Shown here one piece after another: positions 15,953 to 28,940 of a stretch of DNA of 64,000 bases (positions within the stretch are counted from its first letter, which is position 1; every line of letters starts with the position of its first letter). The position numbers and the translations under genes were made by a program. The DNA is from the human T2T-CHM13v2.0 reference genome, Homo sapiens. The DNA is taken from the NCBI RefSeq assembly GCF_009914755.1, contig NC_060925.1. One strand, written 5' to 3'. A model generated the notes under the pieces. That model saw only the letters and a program-made list of their open reading frames with translations. It did no database searches and was not told the DNA's origin.

Positions 15953-17084
15953 TTAACTCGATAAATATTTCTAGAGCACCTACTATGTGCCAAGCACCCT
16001 TCTAGGTGTTTGTTTGCTAAATCTAGCAACCCTATGTTCCCACTAAAAGAGAATGTGAGGCTGGTGGAAATGAGGGCTTAGGAGACACAACAGCTGTAGG
16101 CGTGGTTCCAGTTACTACAAAAGTGACTAAATAACAGCTACAGTAAATCCGACCCTGAATGTAACGGTGACATGAGTATAATAGTGAAAGTGACTAACTG
16201 GGCACAAGGGTATGAGGACAACAGTGTACCCTGAAGGGGCCTGTTAAATACTGGCTTGACTGTGTGGCAGCAAAAGTGGCTGCATGACAATGACAGTGAA
16301 AACAACAGAAAGGGCAACAGCTGGGCAAACAAAGTGCTATTTTGAACAGAACCGTTTGAAGTTTATGGTCAATGACGGTAGCTGCATGTCAGACAGTGAC
16401 AGTAAATATGATCGACCGGGAGACAGCAACAATGCAAGTGACAGTTCTGCCCAGTAGATTGAATTTGTGATGTAAAACGGTGATGGGGTGAGTCAGTCAG
16501 CCAGAGACAGCTCTCAGAACGACTGAATATTGACATTGCAGATGGAAAAGGTATAACCACAGAGGAAGCTGGACATTGCACTAAGATGGCTGGATTTGGG
16601 CACGTAACTGTCAGGGACAGAAAAAGTGGCTGCATGTCAGTGACAGGGTGACTGTGTTCAGTGGGCCAGCGCGGAGGTGACTCAGTTTGTTACTGCTGGA
16701 TCTGATTTAAATGTTTGTGTAAGGAAGGGTGGCAAGGGGACGCTTCAACAGGGAACGCATAGTGTGTGAGAAGGAAAATGAGCAAAAGAAAAGCTAGGAC
16801 TAAATCCCAAAGCCCCTAAATCCCAAAATTGGGAGGTGCGAGAGGCAGGATCAGGATGCCTCCAGGATGCCTTCAGCCCACTGCGCCCCACCAGCGCCAA
16901 GCCTGTCCCACAAAGAGTGCGGGCTGGGGACGCGGCTCAGGTCGCCTCTCCGCCTCGCACGTGAATGTGTTGTTTTGGAAAAACGAAGCCTTTTGTGTTC
17001 ACTTCCTTGCCCTCCTTTGAAACAAAATCCTAATCCTAGAGCTGCCGGAGCGAGACTGCGGAGCTCCATTAGAACTTTCCTTAG

Positions 17085-17375
<291 letters not shown>

Positions 17376-17559
17376 TTACTTAGGAAGTGTGGGGAGGGAA
17401 GGAGGGAGTGGCCAAGGTCAGAGGTCAGAGAAGAGCCTAGCAACCAGCCGGCCCCCGCCGTCCTAGCATAGGTGGAGAGCGAGCGCGTGACGCAGGCCCC
17501 GCCCCCAGCACGTGACCGCGGCGCGTGGGGCAGGTCGGGCCGCCCCCTCCCCTCTGATA

Positions 17560-17709
17560 CCCATTGCGCGCCGGCCTCAAGATGGCCGCCTTCTGGCGTC
17601 TCCGGCGCTGTTGAATGGCGAAAGCTTTATTGTTCCCTTCGGGCAGGAGTGTTCGTGTCCTCTATGGCGCTGTCAATAAAGAACGGCAGTTTGAATCGGT
17701 GCTGAACAG
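17560..17709 (+). other. ZBTB40: ZBTB40 exon 1 (5'UTR); start position approximate
   Basis: Lies in the CpG island downstream of the GC/E-box cluster; donor CAG|GTAACC at 17709/17710. The TSS cannot be fixed from sequence. Confidence 0.75.
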
Positions 17710-18202
17710 GTAACCATAGAAACGGGGCTGGGACTCCGCGTGGAGACCCTTCCTGCAGCGGGGGCCCGGGTGCGCCCTAAATGAGGGGTGTATACAGACC
17801 CTTCCGCGTGGCGAACTCCGCGGGACTCGGCCGAATCACGGCCGCCTCACCTACACCCCGGACGTGCCCCCTCCAGGGGCGGTCCGCACCCCTGGCGCCG
17901 GCTCTGCTGTAGACTGCGGAGGGGAGAGACCGCGGGGACCCACTCAGGGCGCCAGGCCCGACCTGACACCGCCTGGGGCTCGCTGTCGCCCCGCACCTCC
18001 CTCTCGGCCCGTCCGGAGGCCTCTTGTCGCTGTCTCACTCCCCCTCCCTTCAGGTCCCTTCGCCGGGCGTCAGCGGACTATGGCCTTGGGCCTAATCCAT
18101 GCCCCCCTTCTCTCTTCCCCTCTCGGTCTTTGTTTACAGTTGCAAATGGTTAGGGGGAAGAATATTTCATGTAATTTGCGAAAGTTCTATGAAATCAAGT
18201 CC

Positions 18203-18383
18203 ATAAATGAAGTTTTATTGGAACACGGCCCTGTTCATTGTTGATGTATTGTCTATGGCTGCTTTCCTGCCAAGAGGGCAGAGCTGAGTAGTTGCGCAGC
18301 CGTTGCTTGGCTTTGATCGGCTGGCTCACAAAGCCAGAAATATTTCTGTCTGGTCCCTTACAGCAAAAGTCTACTGACCCCTG
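18203..18383. mobile_element. MER58A-like hAT-Charlie MITE (partial)
   Basis: 'gttttattggaacacggcc...gtattgtctatggctgctttc...gagtagttgc...aaatatttctgtctggtcccttacagcaaaagtctactgacccctg' follows the MER58A consensus. Confidence 0.8.
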
Positions 18384-18651
18384 CCCTAAACACAAGGAGA
18401 TTGGATCAGTGTTGTCATTCAGCTATTCCTCTCGTCGGTTCTTCTGGAGTGGGAAAAGAGTTAAAACTGCGCGATGCACCGAGAGCACTTTAGTTGACAG
18501 AACACTCTGGCTTCCCTTCTGGTCTTACTGACTATTCAGAGTTTCTCCTGCTTTGAATAGCGTTGGTACCATGCAGCCAGTGCTGCAATGAACCAGGTGC
18601 TTTATTTATATTCATACAAGTGTTGTTCTACTTTATGACGACGCTTTATAA
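18364..18651 (+). other. ZBTB40: Candidate alternative 5'UTR exon of ZBTB40 (288 nt)
   Basis: Acceptor tatttctgtctggtcccttacag| at 18363, inside the MER58A; donor TAA|GTAAGT at 18651/18652. Confidence 0.55.
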
Positions 18652-19249
18652 GTAAGTATGGTATTTCCATTTTACAAACGAGGAAGAAATTTGTTCTGAG
18701 TGGTTAATATATGTATAGGTGTACTAGGTTATAGGGCTGCCAAATTGAGCCTGTCCCTGGGAGCCCCCTGCCTGATGGCACCGGTCAAACTGCTTTGGAT
18801 TTTATTCTTTCAAGTCTTTTCTACCTGGAATTGTTTGTTCTTCCCTGGAATTGTACCCAGATCTTTGTATGGTTAATGGAGATTTAATTACAATCTCAGT
18901 GAAATTTTTTTCTACTTAGCTAAATCATCAAACTTCTGCCCCTCCTTTCTAATATAAACACTTTTCTTCTATGTCAGTAGTCCCCAAACTTAGCTATTCA
19001 TTAGTGGTTTAACAAATGGTTTCAGAACACCCCATGCACGTACGCATGCATTCATTAATCATTTAGTGTTTGTTGAGCACTTACTGTGTACCAGAGACGT
19101 TTCAAATTCCTGGAAATACAGTGGTGAACAAGACAAATATGATTTCTGCCCTTCCATGGAATTTAAATTCTATGTGGGGCTTGGACAAGTGGTATACAGG
19201 TAGACAAAGATAATTTCAAATACAGCTGTAATAGCATCATCATAATAAA

Positions 19250-19440
19250 ATTATTAGTTGCTATTTACTGAGTGATTATTTTGTGCCAGGTACTGTGCTA
19301 AGTGCTTTATTTATATGGACTATCACTTAATCCTCACACCAATACTATGACATAAGTAGTATTAATATTACCATTTTACGCATAGAGGAAACAAACTCAC
19401 GTCGGAGAGATGTTCGAGGTTACATAGCTAAGGCATTCAG
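19250..19440 (-). mobile_element. MIR
   Basis: 'tttactgagtgattattttgtgccaggtactgtgctaagtgcttt...ccattttacgcatagaggaaac'. Confidence 0.75.
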
Positions 19441-19639
19441 CTGAGAGCTGAAGCTAATCTGATCACACTGAACACCCTGTATTGTTCCATCTGTTTATTG
19501 TCTTTCCTACTAGCTTAGGAGGTCCTTAAGGGCAGGGACCACACCTTACTGTTGTTATCCTCAGCTGCTAGCCAGTACCCACAACCTGGTGTTTGCAGGT
19601 AAATACCAAGTAAACAAATCTAGGTCATTCATTGAACAA

Positions 19640-19957
<318 letters not shown>

Positions 19958-21405
19958 TCGAACAAATATTTTAGTGTCTCCATGTACCAAGCACCACTGT
20001 CTAGGTCCTGTGATTACCAGGGTGAGCAAGATGGACCTGGGGCTCTGTTCTGGAAGCTAAAGCCTAGTGTCAAGACAGTAAAGAAATAACAAAGTTATTC
20101 CAAATTGTGGCAACTGCTCTAAAGGAAATAAAACAGCATGGAGAGAGACACTAACCTGGGAGACTCACTTTTTATCTGGGTGGTCAGGGAAAACCTCTCT
20201 TAAGAAAGGCAGTTTAAGCTGAAACTTGTTGAGTGACAAGGAACCAGTCTAGCAAGAAGGGGAAAGGGAGAGACGAAGCTGGGAGGAAGAACTTTTCAGC
20301 AGGTTCAGAGACTAAGGTGGGTAACAACGTGAGATGTTGGAGAACTCAAAGGGAGTCACTGTGCTGTGGTTCACTCCTGTGCTCAGTCCCTGGCCGTGAA
20401 CCCAGCTACTACTGAGAGAACTGCACGCCCAAGGGCAAGTTACAGATTAGTTATCTGACCTGGAAAATGTGGATAATGGTGCCTCCTCAAAGGGTTGTGC
20501 AGATTAAATAAGAGAAACTGTATTCATAGCTATGGTATTTTCTTTTTGTTGTTGTTACACATATTGCTGAATAACCAAATTTAGCTCCAAATGGAAACTT
20601 TATAAAGTGCTAACTAATAACAAAAATCCAGAAATACATTACAGACAAAATTAAGAATGGGGGAATCCAATTAAAAATAGAAGCCCTCTACTTTCTATCT
20701 CCAGAAAGAGGGGAGCAGATCTTGTTTTTTCTTAGTGTTTCTGCTTGGAGAGGAACTTTTCCAAATGGCATCTAATTTTTTTAAAGCCAAATTGTACAGC
20801 TGTCTATGCAGAACACTTTTCAGCATTTTAGTGTTTTAAGTTGGAAACTACTTATGTTCCTCCATCAAAGGTGTATGTATTCTCTTAAGGCATTCTAAAC
20901 AAATGTTAGACTTTTAGTTGGTGGCGATTTAAAAATTTGTTTGTGCATGATTTCAAGTTTCCTCCAAAAGTTTTCAAAATAATGTCACATACTCTAAAAC
21001 AGTATTGAATGCTTTGAGGCAAATGGCAGGCTTTTTGACTAAGTAAAAATAGGATAATGTTCGGGTTCATAAATGTAAGAAATTAGAAGCAATAATAAAT
21101 CAAGGGAACTATGTAAGAAGAACAGCATGGCAGGTTTCGCTTTAAACTCTCCCTAGTAACCATATTGCACATGTCATCAGAAGACACATTCTAACCCTGC
21201 AAACGGAGCAAAGAACTGGACAGAGAGTGTCATTTAATGCAATGTTAAACAACAAGCCCTGAATTAAATTGCTATTTTAGGTTTGGGTGGGACCTTTGCA
21301 TCTAAAGTATTGCAGTTTTACTCTGTGATTTGGGTCTGTTGGGTTCCAGTAAAGAGCAGGTGCTAACACTAGCTTTGAAGGATAGTATGAAACTGCAAGA
21401 AGAGC

Positions 21406-21630
21406 CAGGGCATACCAGTTTGTTTTTCAGTCTATTTTATTTCAGTTCAAAGCATCATTGCAGACAGGCAGCCCCGGAAAACGAGCCACACTTTGGCAAC
21501 ACTCACCTGCTTTTGGAGATTGAGGAAGACTGAGTATAACCCAAGTGTGGCTTGTTTTCTTGGACTATCTGTCTGCAATGATGCTTTGAACTGAAATAAA
21601 ATAGATTGAAAAACAAATTAGTATGCCCTG
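21406..21630. repeat. Long inverted repeat: 100-bp arms, 25-nt spacer
   Basis: 21406-21505 versus the reverse complement of 21531-21630 is 87/100 identical with no gaps; 37-bp perfect core. Confidence 0.97.
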
Positions 21631-22690
21631 TTGCCTCGTACTGAGTATTTACATTACCCTTCTCGAGTACTGCCTGAACCAGCACCCTGAGGGAAGGCAG
21701 TGACCCCTCAGCCTCTTTCAACTCTTCAGCAGAGTGAGCTCTTTGATTTTCACAAGGAAATTGAATTGGGATATATGGTTTTCTGGATCTCCAATAGTCT
21801 GCCTTCCAAAGCCATCATCTGGATAATGTGGAGAAAGCAAGCTACTAACCACATAGAGGAAAGAATTAAATATTAAGGGCATTTAAATTGAGAGATGAGA
21901 TTGTCACTTTCTGTAAGTCTAGCAGAGAGTGCAGTATTTCATTTGCAGGGAGCATGCAGTTTTGAGACTCTGGCAGCCCTCGAGAGAGAAGGATAAGGAA
22001 AGAAAGCCAGCTTTCCTTACATTTCCCTAATGTTGTTATTTAACTCCAAATCCTCAAAATTATGATGCCACGTATTTCATTTCCTTACATAAATGTATTA
22101 TGCTGATCCATGTAAGTCAGAGATTGTTAATCTCAGGGTAAATGGTTGAATTTCAAGAGACCCATGAATCCTTTGAAGTTGCCTGCAAATTTGTGTGAAT
22201 GTCATTTTTTCTGGGGAGAGAGCCAGTTACTTTAATCTGATCTCAGAAAGGCCCTTGACCCTTTAAAAGGTGCAGAACCAACAATGAAACATCACATGTA
22301 ACATCACCTAACTGAAGGCGCGATGAGAATCTCCCCTGAAACCAGGTACTGTTTCACTGCTCTGTAACCTTAATCTCAGATTTTAAGTCTTTTCAGGCTT
22401 TGTTTTCTGTCTAAAGTGGTCAAGCATAGTTGAATGTTTGTGTAACATAGATATCTGCCCATTGAACTGCTTCATAAATGCCTTACAGATGGTTGTTGTT
22501 AATTTACATGAGACTGGTGAGATGTGGACCTATTGTCTAGGCAACCTCGTTAGCAGATATCATAACTGTTTCTACTGATAGAGGAAAGGAGGAGGTAGTG
22601 GAAGCTCACTGCTTTGTTTCTAGGCATCAGCTTCTTGCAGATGGAGTCAGTTCCTCAGACTTAACGAAGGCTGGGTTAAAAGGGAAAGAA

Positions 22691-22828
22691 GGCTGGGCAC
22701 AGTGTCTCATGCCTGTGATCCCAGCACTTTGGGAGGCTGAGGCAGGAGGATCACTTATGCAAGCCCAGGAGTTGAGGCTGCAGTGAGCTGTGATCAGACC
22801 ACTGCATTCCAGTTGAGACCCTGTCTCT
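22691..22828 (+). mobile_element. Internally deleted AluJ/FLAM-like fragment
   Basis: An Alu 5' end joined to 'cccaggagttgaggctgcagtgagctgtgatc'. Confidence 0.8.
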
Positions 22829-23619
22829 ATTTTTTTTTTTAAAGGAAAGAAGAAGAGGGGAGGGGATAGACTTGAGGAAGCAGAGGATTAAAGAAAGAAA
22901 GGCTGTTTCCCTGCATTTGTCCACAGAGTCCCCTCTCTTTATCTCTGTGAAAAGAAAAAGCTGCTATATTGAGGCAAAACCTATCTCAGAATTTAACTAA
23001 TACTTGGACTTCTGAAAAAGGCAATTCATAAATGTAATTTCTGGTTTTATTAGTACCCAAAGGGAAACAAAAACAAGGAAATATCTTTATCTTAGGATAT
23101 TCTGTAAAACTGGGACCTCAATAGAAAACTCCTATAGGCCAGAGTTTGGCTCATAGAGTGTTTAAAAAGTAGTTACTTCCATTTAAGCATTAGAGATTTT
23201 CCATCTGTCTGACCCCTGGAGGCGTTTGCATGAGCGACCTCTGCTGCAGGCACTAGCGTGGTTCTGGAACAGGACCAAACAGTAGAGGATGCTTTATGCA
23301 AGAAATGGGCCAAGAAGGATGAGGAAATTAGAAACAAAGGATTATAACTGTAAATAATAGGTTTTCAGGCTCCAAATATTGGTTATTTGTTGGTTAATAT
23401 TTGTTAGCTAGTGTTAGCTATAGTGGGGTTATTTTTAGCATAAAAACAAAGGTGAACGGTAGGTGATTCTATTTCTTATTTTGAGAAAATACTGTAAGAG
23501 GTAATCTAACCTGCTAATTTCGTCCTATTTCTCAGCTTTCTAGGATTGGGGCCTGACCATTGAGTCTTCCTGAGTTTTCCTTCTTGACTCCTTTTGCTCC
23601 TTGTCCCCATTAGCTCCAG

Positions 23620-24100
23620 AAGATGGTCTCCAGGGCATTGGCAGCAGTGAATTTGCCATCTTTCTTCCACCTGGTACTTCTCCCTGGTTCTTAGGCTCAG
23701 TGGATGGCACCACAGAGTTGCCAAAGGCAGAAACCTGGGAATGGTGCCATGATCTTCTCTTTCAGCACATATTTAGTTAGGCTACAGGACTGTTGATTTC
23801 TTCTACCCTTTCTCTTCCTTTGGTTAGAGTTGCTATAATCTCTTGTCCTGGATTATGAAACAGCCTTCTAGTTGGTCAGTGGCTTTCAGCTTCATTCCTC
23901 TCCAATCTATTTGGTACACTGTTACCAGTGGTCTTTATAAAGCACAGATCGGAATATGTGATTCCCTTGCTTTAAAACTCTTGGATGGCTTGCCTGCCCT
24001 TAGGATGGTCCAGCAAGTGCTACCCTCCAACTGTGGCTGTGCCTGTCTCTCAAGCCTCTGAGCAGCCCCTCCTCCCACAATTCACCTTATATTGAGCACC
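23620..24100 (+). mobile_element. L2 fragment
   Basis: 'tcttgtcctggattatgaaacagccttcta...tgattcccttgctttaaaactc' resembles L2. Confidence 0.55.
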
Positions 24101-24454
24101 AGTTGAAATCTCTCAGTGGCCACAGGACTTCATCCTTTCTGGGGCCAGTGGGCCACATTCCAAGGCTTCAAGGCTGCTCCCTCTCCCTGGACTTCCCTGC
24201 TGCTGGTATCAACCAGGCCAGTAGCAATGCCATTATCTACACTGACCTTTATATTACTGAATGCTGTTTGGGTTTTCTGTTATTCCTTTTTTCCTTAGAA
24301 TATATGCTACTTGAGATGTGTAGTCAGATATTGTCTTAAAGTCACTTGATGTAATTATCTTCTGTGTAGTTGTATCACCAACTTCATAAACAGGCTCTTT
24401 TTCTTGAATACTTTTTTAAAAAATTAATTAATTTTGAGAATGGATTAGGAAACT

Positions 24455-25660
<1,206 letters not shown>

Positions 25661-27929
25661 AAAAAATAATAATTCTGTTTAGAATCCCTCCAGAAGATCC
25701 TAGAGAAGTTCTACACACCCACATATTCCAAACATTTTGCATGCGACTTCAAATTATTCCTTGATACCTCCCCCCTTAAAGCTCATCCTATTATATTGTT
25801 CCCTAAATCTCCTTCTTTTGTCCACCTTCATCTCTTTCTCACTCTCACCTCTTAGCACTGTGTCCTGCGTACAGTTCAGTCAGAACATATTTGCTGAATG
25901 GATGAATAAAGTAGTGAGGGGAGAATGAAGGTGGGTGAAAGAGTGAGAGCCCGTTAGACTCTATTTGGAAAGGTCATCCTTGTTGTATTTCTAAGTCTGC
26001 AGCCATTGATTCACTGGGTCATAGTACTTGGTTCTCCTCTTTCCTCCATTCCAAAACTTTTTTAAAAGTTCTGGTGAACTTTAAAATTTTCATAATATTA
26101 AAATATAATAATTCATGTCTTAACATTATATGACATTTCACATCATGTTGATAATAATAGTTACCATTTATTGAACACATACAAAATACCAGGCAGTGTA
26201 CTAGGTATTCTACAGTATTGTTTCATGTAACCCTCACAACAACTAAGCAATAGGTATTATTACTGCCGTTTCTAAAAATTAAGAAAATTTGCAAATATAA
26301 AAGTGAGAGTAGCATTATGAGCTCCCATATACTTGTTAACTTCATTTTACCCTTGAGAAAACAGGTTTTGAAAGGTTAAGTAACTCAAGGTTACAAAGCT
26401 AACGTCAGATTTAGAACCCAACTCTTTATAGCTCCTTATTAAAAATTGTTTTTCAAACTTTAGGCTCTAGCTGGCCAGGGAAGAGCAGAAGGAAAGGAGA
26501 GAGTCAAGAGCCACTCTTCAAACTAGTATAGTATTATAGAAGACTCTAATAGTAGTCTTCCCATCTACGAATTCACACCCAGATACTTCCTTCTCTACTC
26601 ACTGCAGACAGTAAACCCTCCCATCTTTCCCCCTTTACTGCTTCTCATGTGCTCTTCTCACTCTGTCTTCTATTTCTCTAGTTGTATTACTACAATCTGA
26701 TATTGGTTGGTTTTCAAAGGCTTGCCACTGTTTTGAATACTTACCTCCTAGTATGATGTCGTGAACATAGTGGGAACCAATATATTTAAATTAAATAACA
26801 ATGAAACTTGCTCTTAATCATTTAGCATATAAGTTTGGCATGGTACTTGTTACTTTTGAATGTTGCTCTGAAGGCCTGAAGTCATTCAGTTTGACCACTC
26901 TAGACACAAGCTGCTCATTCAATTGGTACTCTGCTGTCAGTTCTCCTCAGTTGTAGTCAGGTTAAAACCAGAGGGAGACTGGCTAAGGTCAGAGTCCAAG
27001 ACAGCAGAATAATTGGCCCCTAGAGTTCCGTTGTTTTTTTTTTTTTTTTCTGGACAGTAAAATGTTGAGGATGAAATTTCCGTATATTCCTTTGAACATT
27101 TTTGAGCAAATACTATAGAATCCCATAGGCTCTTTCCCAACATTAACAGCAATAGAGAAGTTATCCTCTTTTACGTTTTTTTGTTAGCTCCTTAAGTTAA
27201 CCCTCTTGACATACTCCCTGGTGATGGAGGGAAATAGAGAGATGAAAATAATTCCCACTTCTTCAAAGACAAAAGAAAAAGCTTATAACACTAGGAGGAG
27301 ACGAGAAAGGAGTTGATCTGTGAAATGTACACAGAGGGGTACTGAAGGCTGAGTGATCTGAGTAGTGTGATAGGACAGTGTTGCTGGAAGTTGGGGGTCT
27401 GTAGTCTCTTCAGTGCTCTGGTACTTAACTACAAAAGTGTGAGGAAAGAAGGATTTAAGCTGAAAGTGGTCTCTTCTTCCCAGCTGTGCCATAAGCTCCT
27501 TGAGAGCAGGGATTATGCTGAATTTCTTCTCTGTGTAGTGCCAAGCCTCAGTTAAGGTCATTCGGCTGAGCTCAGTGACAATCTGCTGGATTGACAAGCA
27601 CATCTTTTTCGCTGATAGGGCTGGGACACAGCCTTGGGGTCACACTGGGGCCACATGGGCTCCCACATCCTTCAGCTGCCCTGTTACCAAGGTGCACAGC
27701 CTTGAACAAGTAGGAAGTGGCAGGGAGGGTTGAGGAATGTGTGTGCGGTGTCTCACCTGCACAGAATAAGTAGGCTCTACATCTCCATTATCTGTTCTTA
27801 TTTAAAAACCACTTCATTAATAGGGTATCCTTGTAATGCCTCTGAACAGGGAAGTTATCAAAAAAGTAGGAGAAAGAATCTAAGGTTAAGAACTTCACCA
27901 CTTTTTAAATTTTAAAGTTTGGGCAGTAT

Positions 27930-28180
27930 CACTCAGTGGTCAAAGTTTCGGCTCTAGAGTCAGACAGCATGAGTTCACTGACTGACTCTACCACTCACTG
28001 GCTTTGTGATTTGGGGCAGGTCATTTAATCTCTCTAGGCCTCCACTTCCTCATTTGAAAGTGGGGTTAATAATAGTAACTATCTCACTGGTTTTGCAAAA
28101 ATTATTTAAGGCCACCAATGTAAAGTGCTTGGCACAATACCTGAGATATAATAAATGCTTAATAAATGTTAGCTATTATT
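27930..28180 (+). mobile_element. MIR
   Basis: 'ttggggcaggtcatttaatctctctaggcctccacttcctcatttgaaagtgggg...aaagtgcttggcac'. Confidence 0.8.
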
Positions 28181-28689
28181 GTTAACCTCTCAAACGCATT
28201 CTTCTTCCCTTTTCCAAAATGTTGTCGTCTTTACGTTCCACTTAGAATATATATCTAAGCCATAGGTAACGGGAAGAGTCTCATTTCTGTCATTAATGAA
28301 CTGGAAGATCTTAAAACACTTTACATTTCAAGGCTGTGGTTTCCTCATCTATGAAATGTGGGAATTGGGCCAGGTGATTTCAAAGTCCTTTGCATCTTCT
28401 AATTTTTAATGAGTTTAAGGTTTTGTATGAAATCTCTGATTATAGCCCAGCCGTCTTGTTATGAGAAGTCGGACTCTCCCCACTTTCTCTCTTTCCTGGC
28501 TTAGTCTCATTCCAGTCCAGCTGTATGAAATGAGCAATGCAGTTGTCTATGAATTATTTTCTTTTAAAAAAATTATGTGACATTTGACATATATAGAAGA
28601 TACATATGTAACTTGAAAGTGATGAAGCAGAATGATAAAAAGCAAATACTTTGATAGGTGTATTTTATGCTTCCTTTTCCAAAGGTAGT

Positions 28690-28940
28690 AACACCTAACA
28701 TTTAGTGACTGTTAACAGTGTTACAGGAACTGCTGTTTATGTGTATTGACTCATTTACACGTAGTAGCTCATTCATACAACTACCTCATGAAATAAGCAC
28801 TAATATTATCCCCATTTTACATATGAGAAGACTGAGGCCAAGAGAGTTAAGCAACTTGACTAAAATTTAGCTGGTAAGAGGGGCAGAGCTGGGATTCATG
28901 CTCCTGGTTCTCTCTAGAGCCTGCGCGCCACACCTTTACT
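28690..28940 (-). mobile_element. MIR
   Basis: 'attatccccattttacatatgagaagactgaggccaagagagttaagcaacttg'. Confidence 0.8.

Noticed and set aside
16110-16690. Possible CRISPR-like repeat-spacer array
   Set aside because: Spacing is irregular, the repeats are degenerate, the context is primate and there are no cas genes.
17788-18244. 121-aa and 126-aa ORFs in the CpG island
   Set aside because: They lie in intron 1 and are Arg/Pro/Gly-rich open frames expected from high GC content.
19033-19051. 19-nt alternating purine-pyrimidine run as Z-DNA
   Set aside because: It is short and contains AT steps, so it is too weak to call.
21330-21721. Two opposite-strand ORFs sharing 'GHTxLFFxLFYFSSKHHCRQ', suggestive of a paralogous or toxin-antitoxin-like pair
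   Set aside because: The similarity follows directly from the DNA inverted repeat, and there is no evidence of coding.
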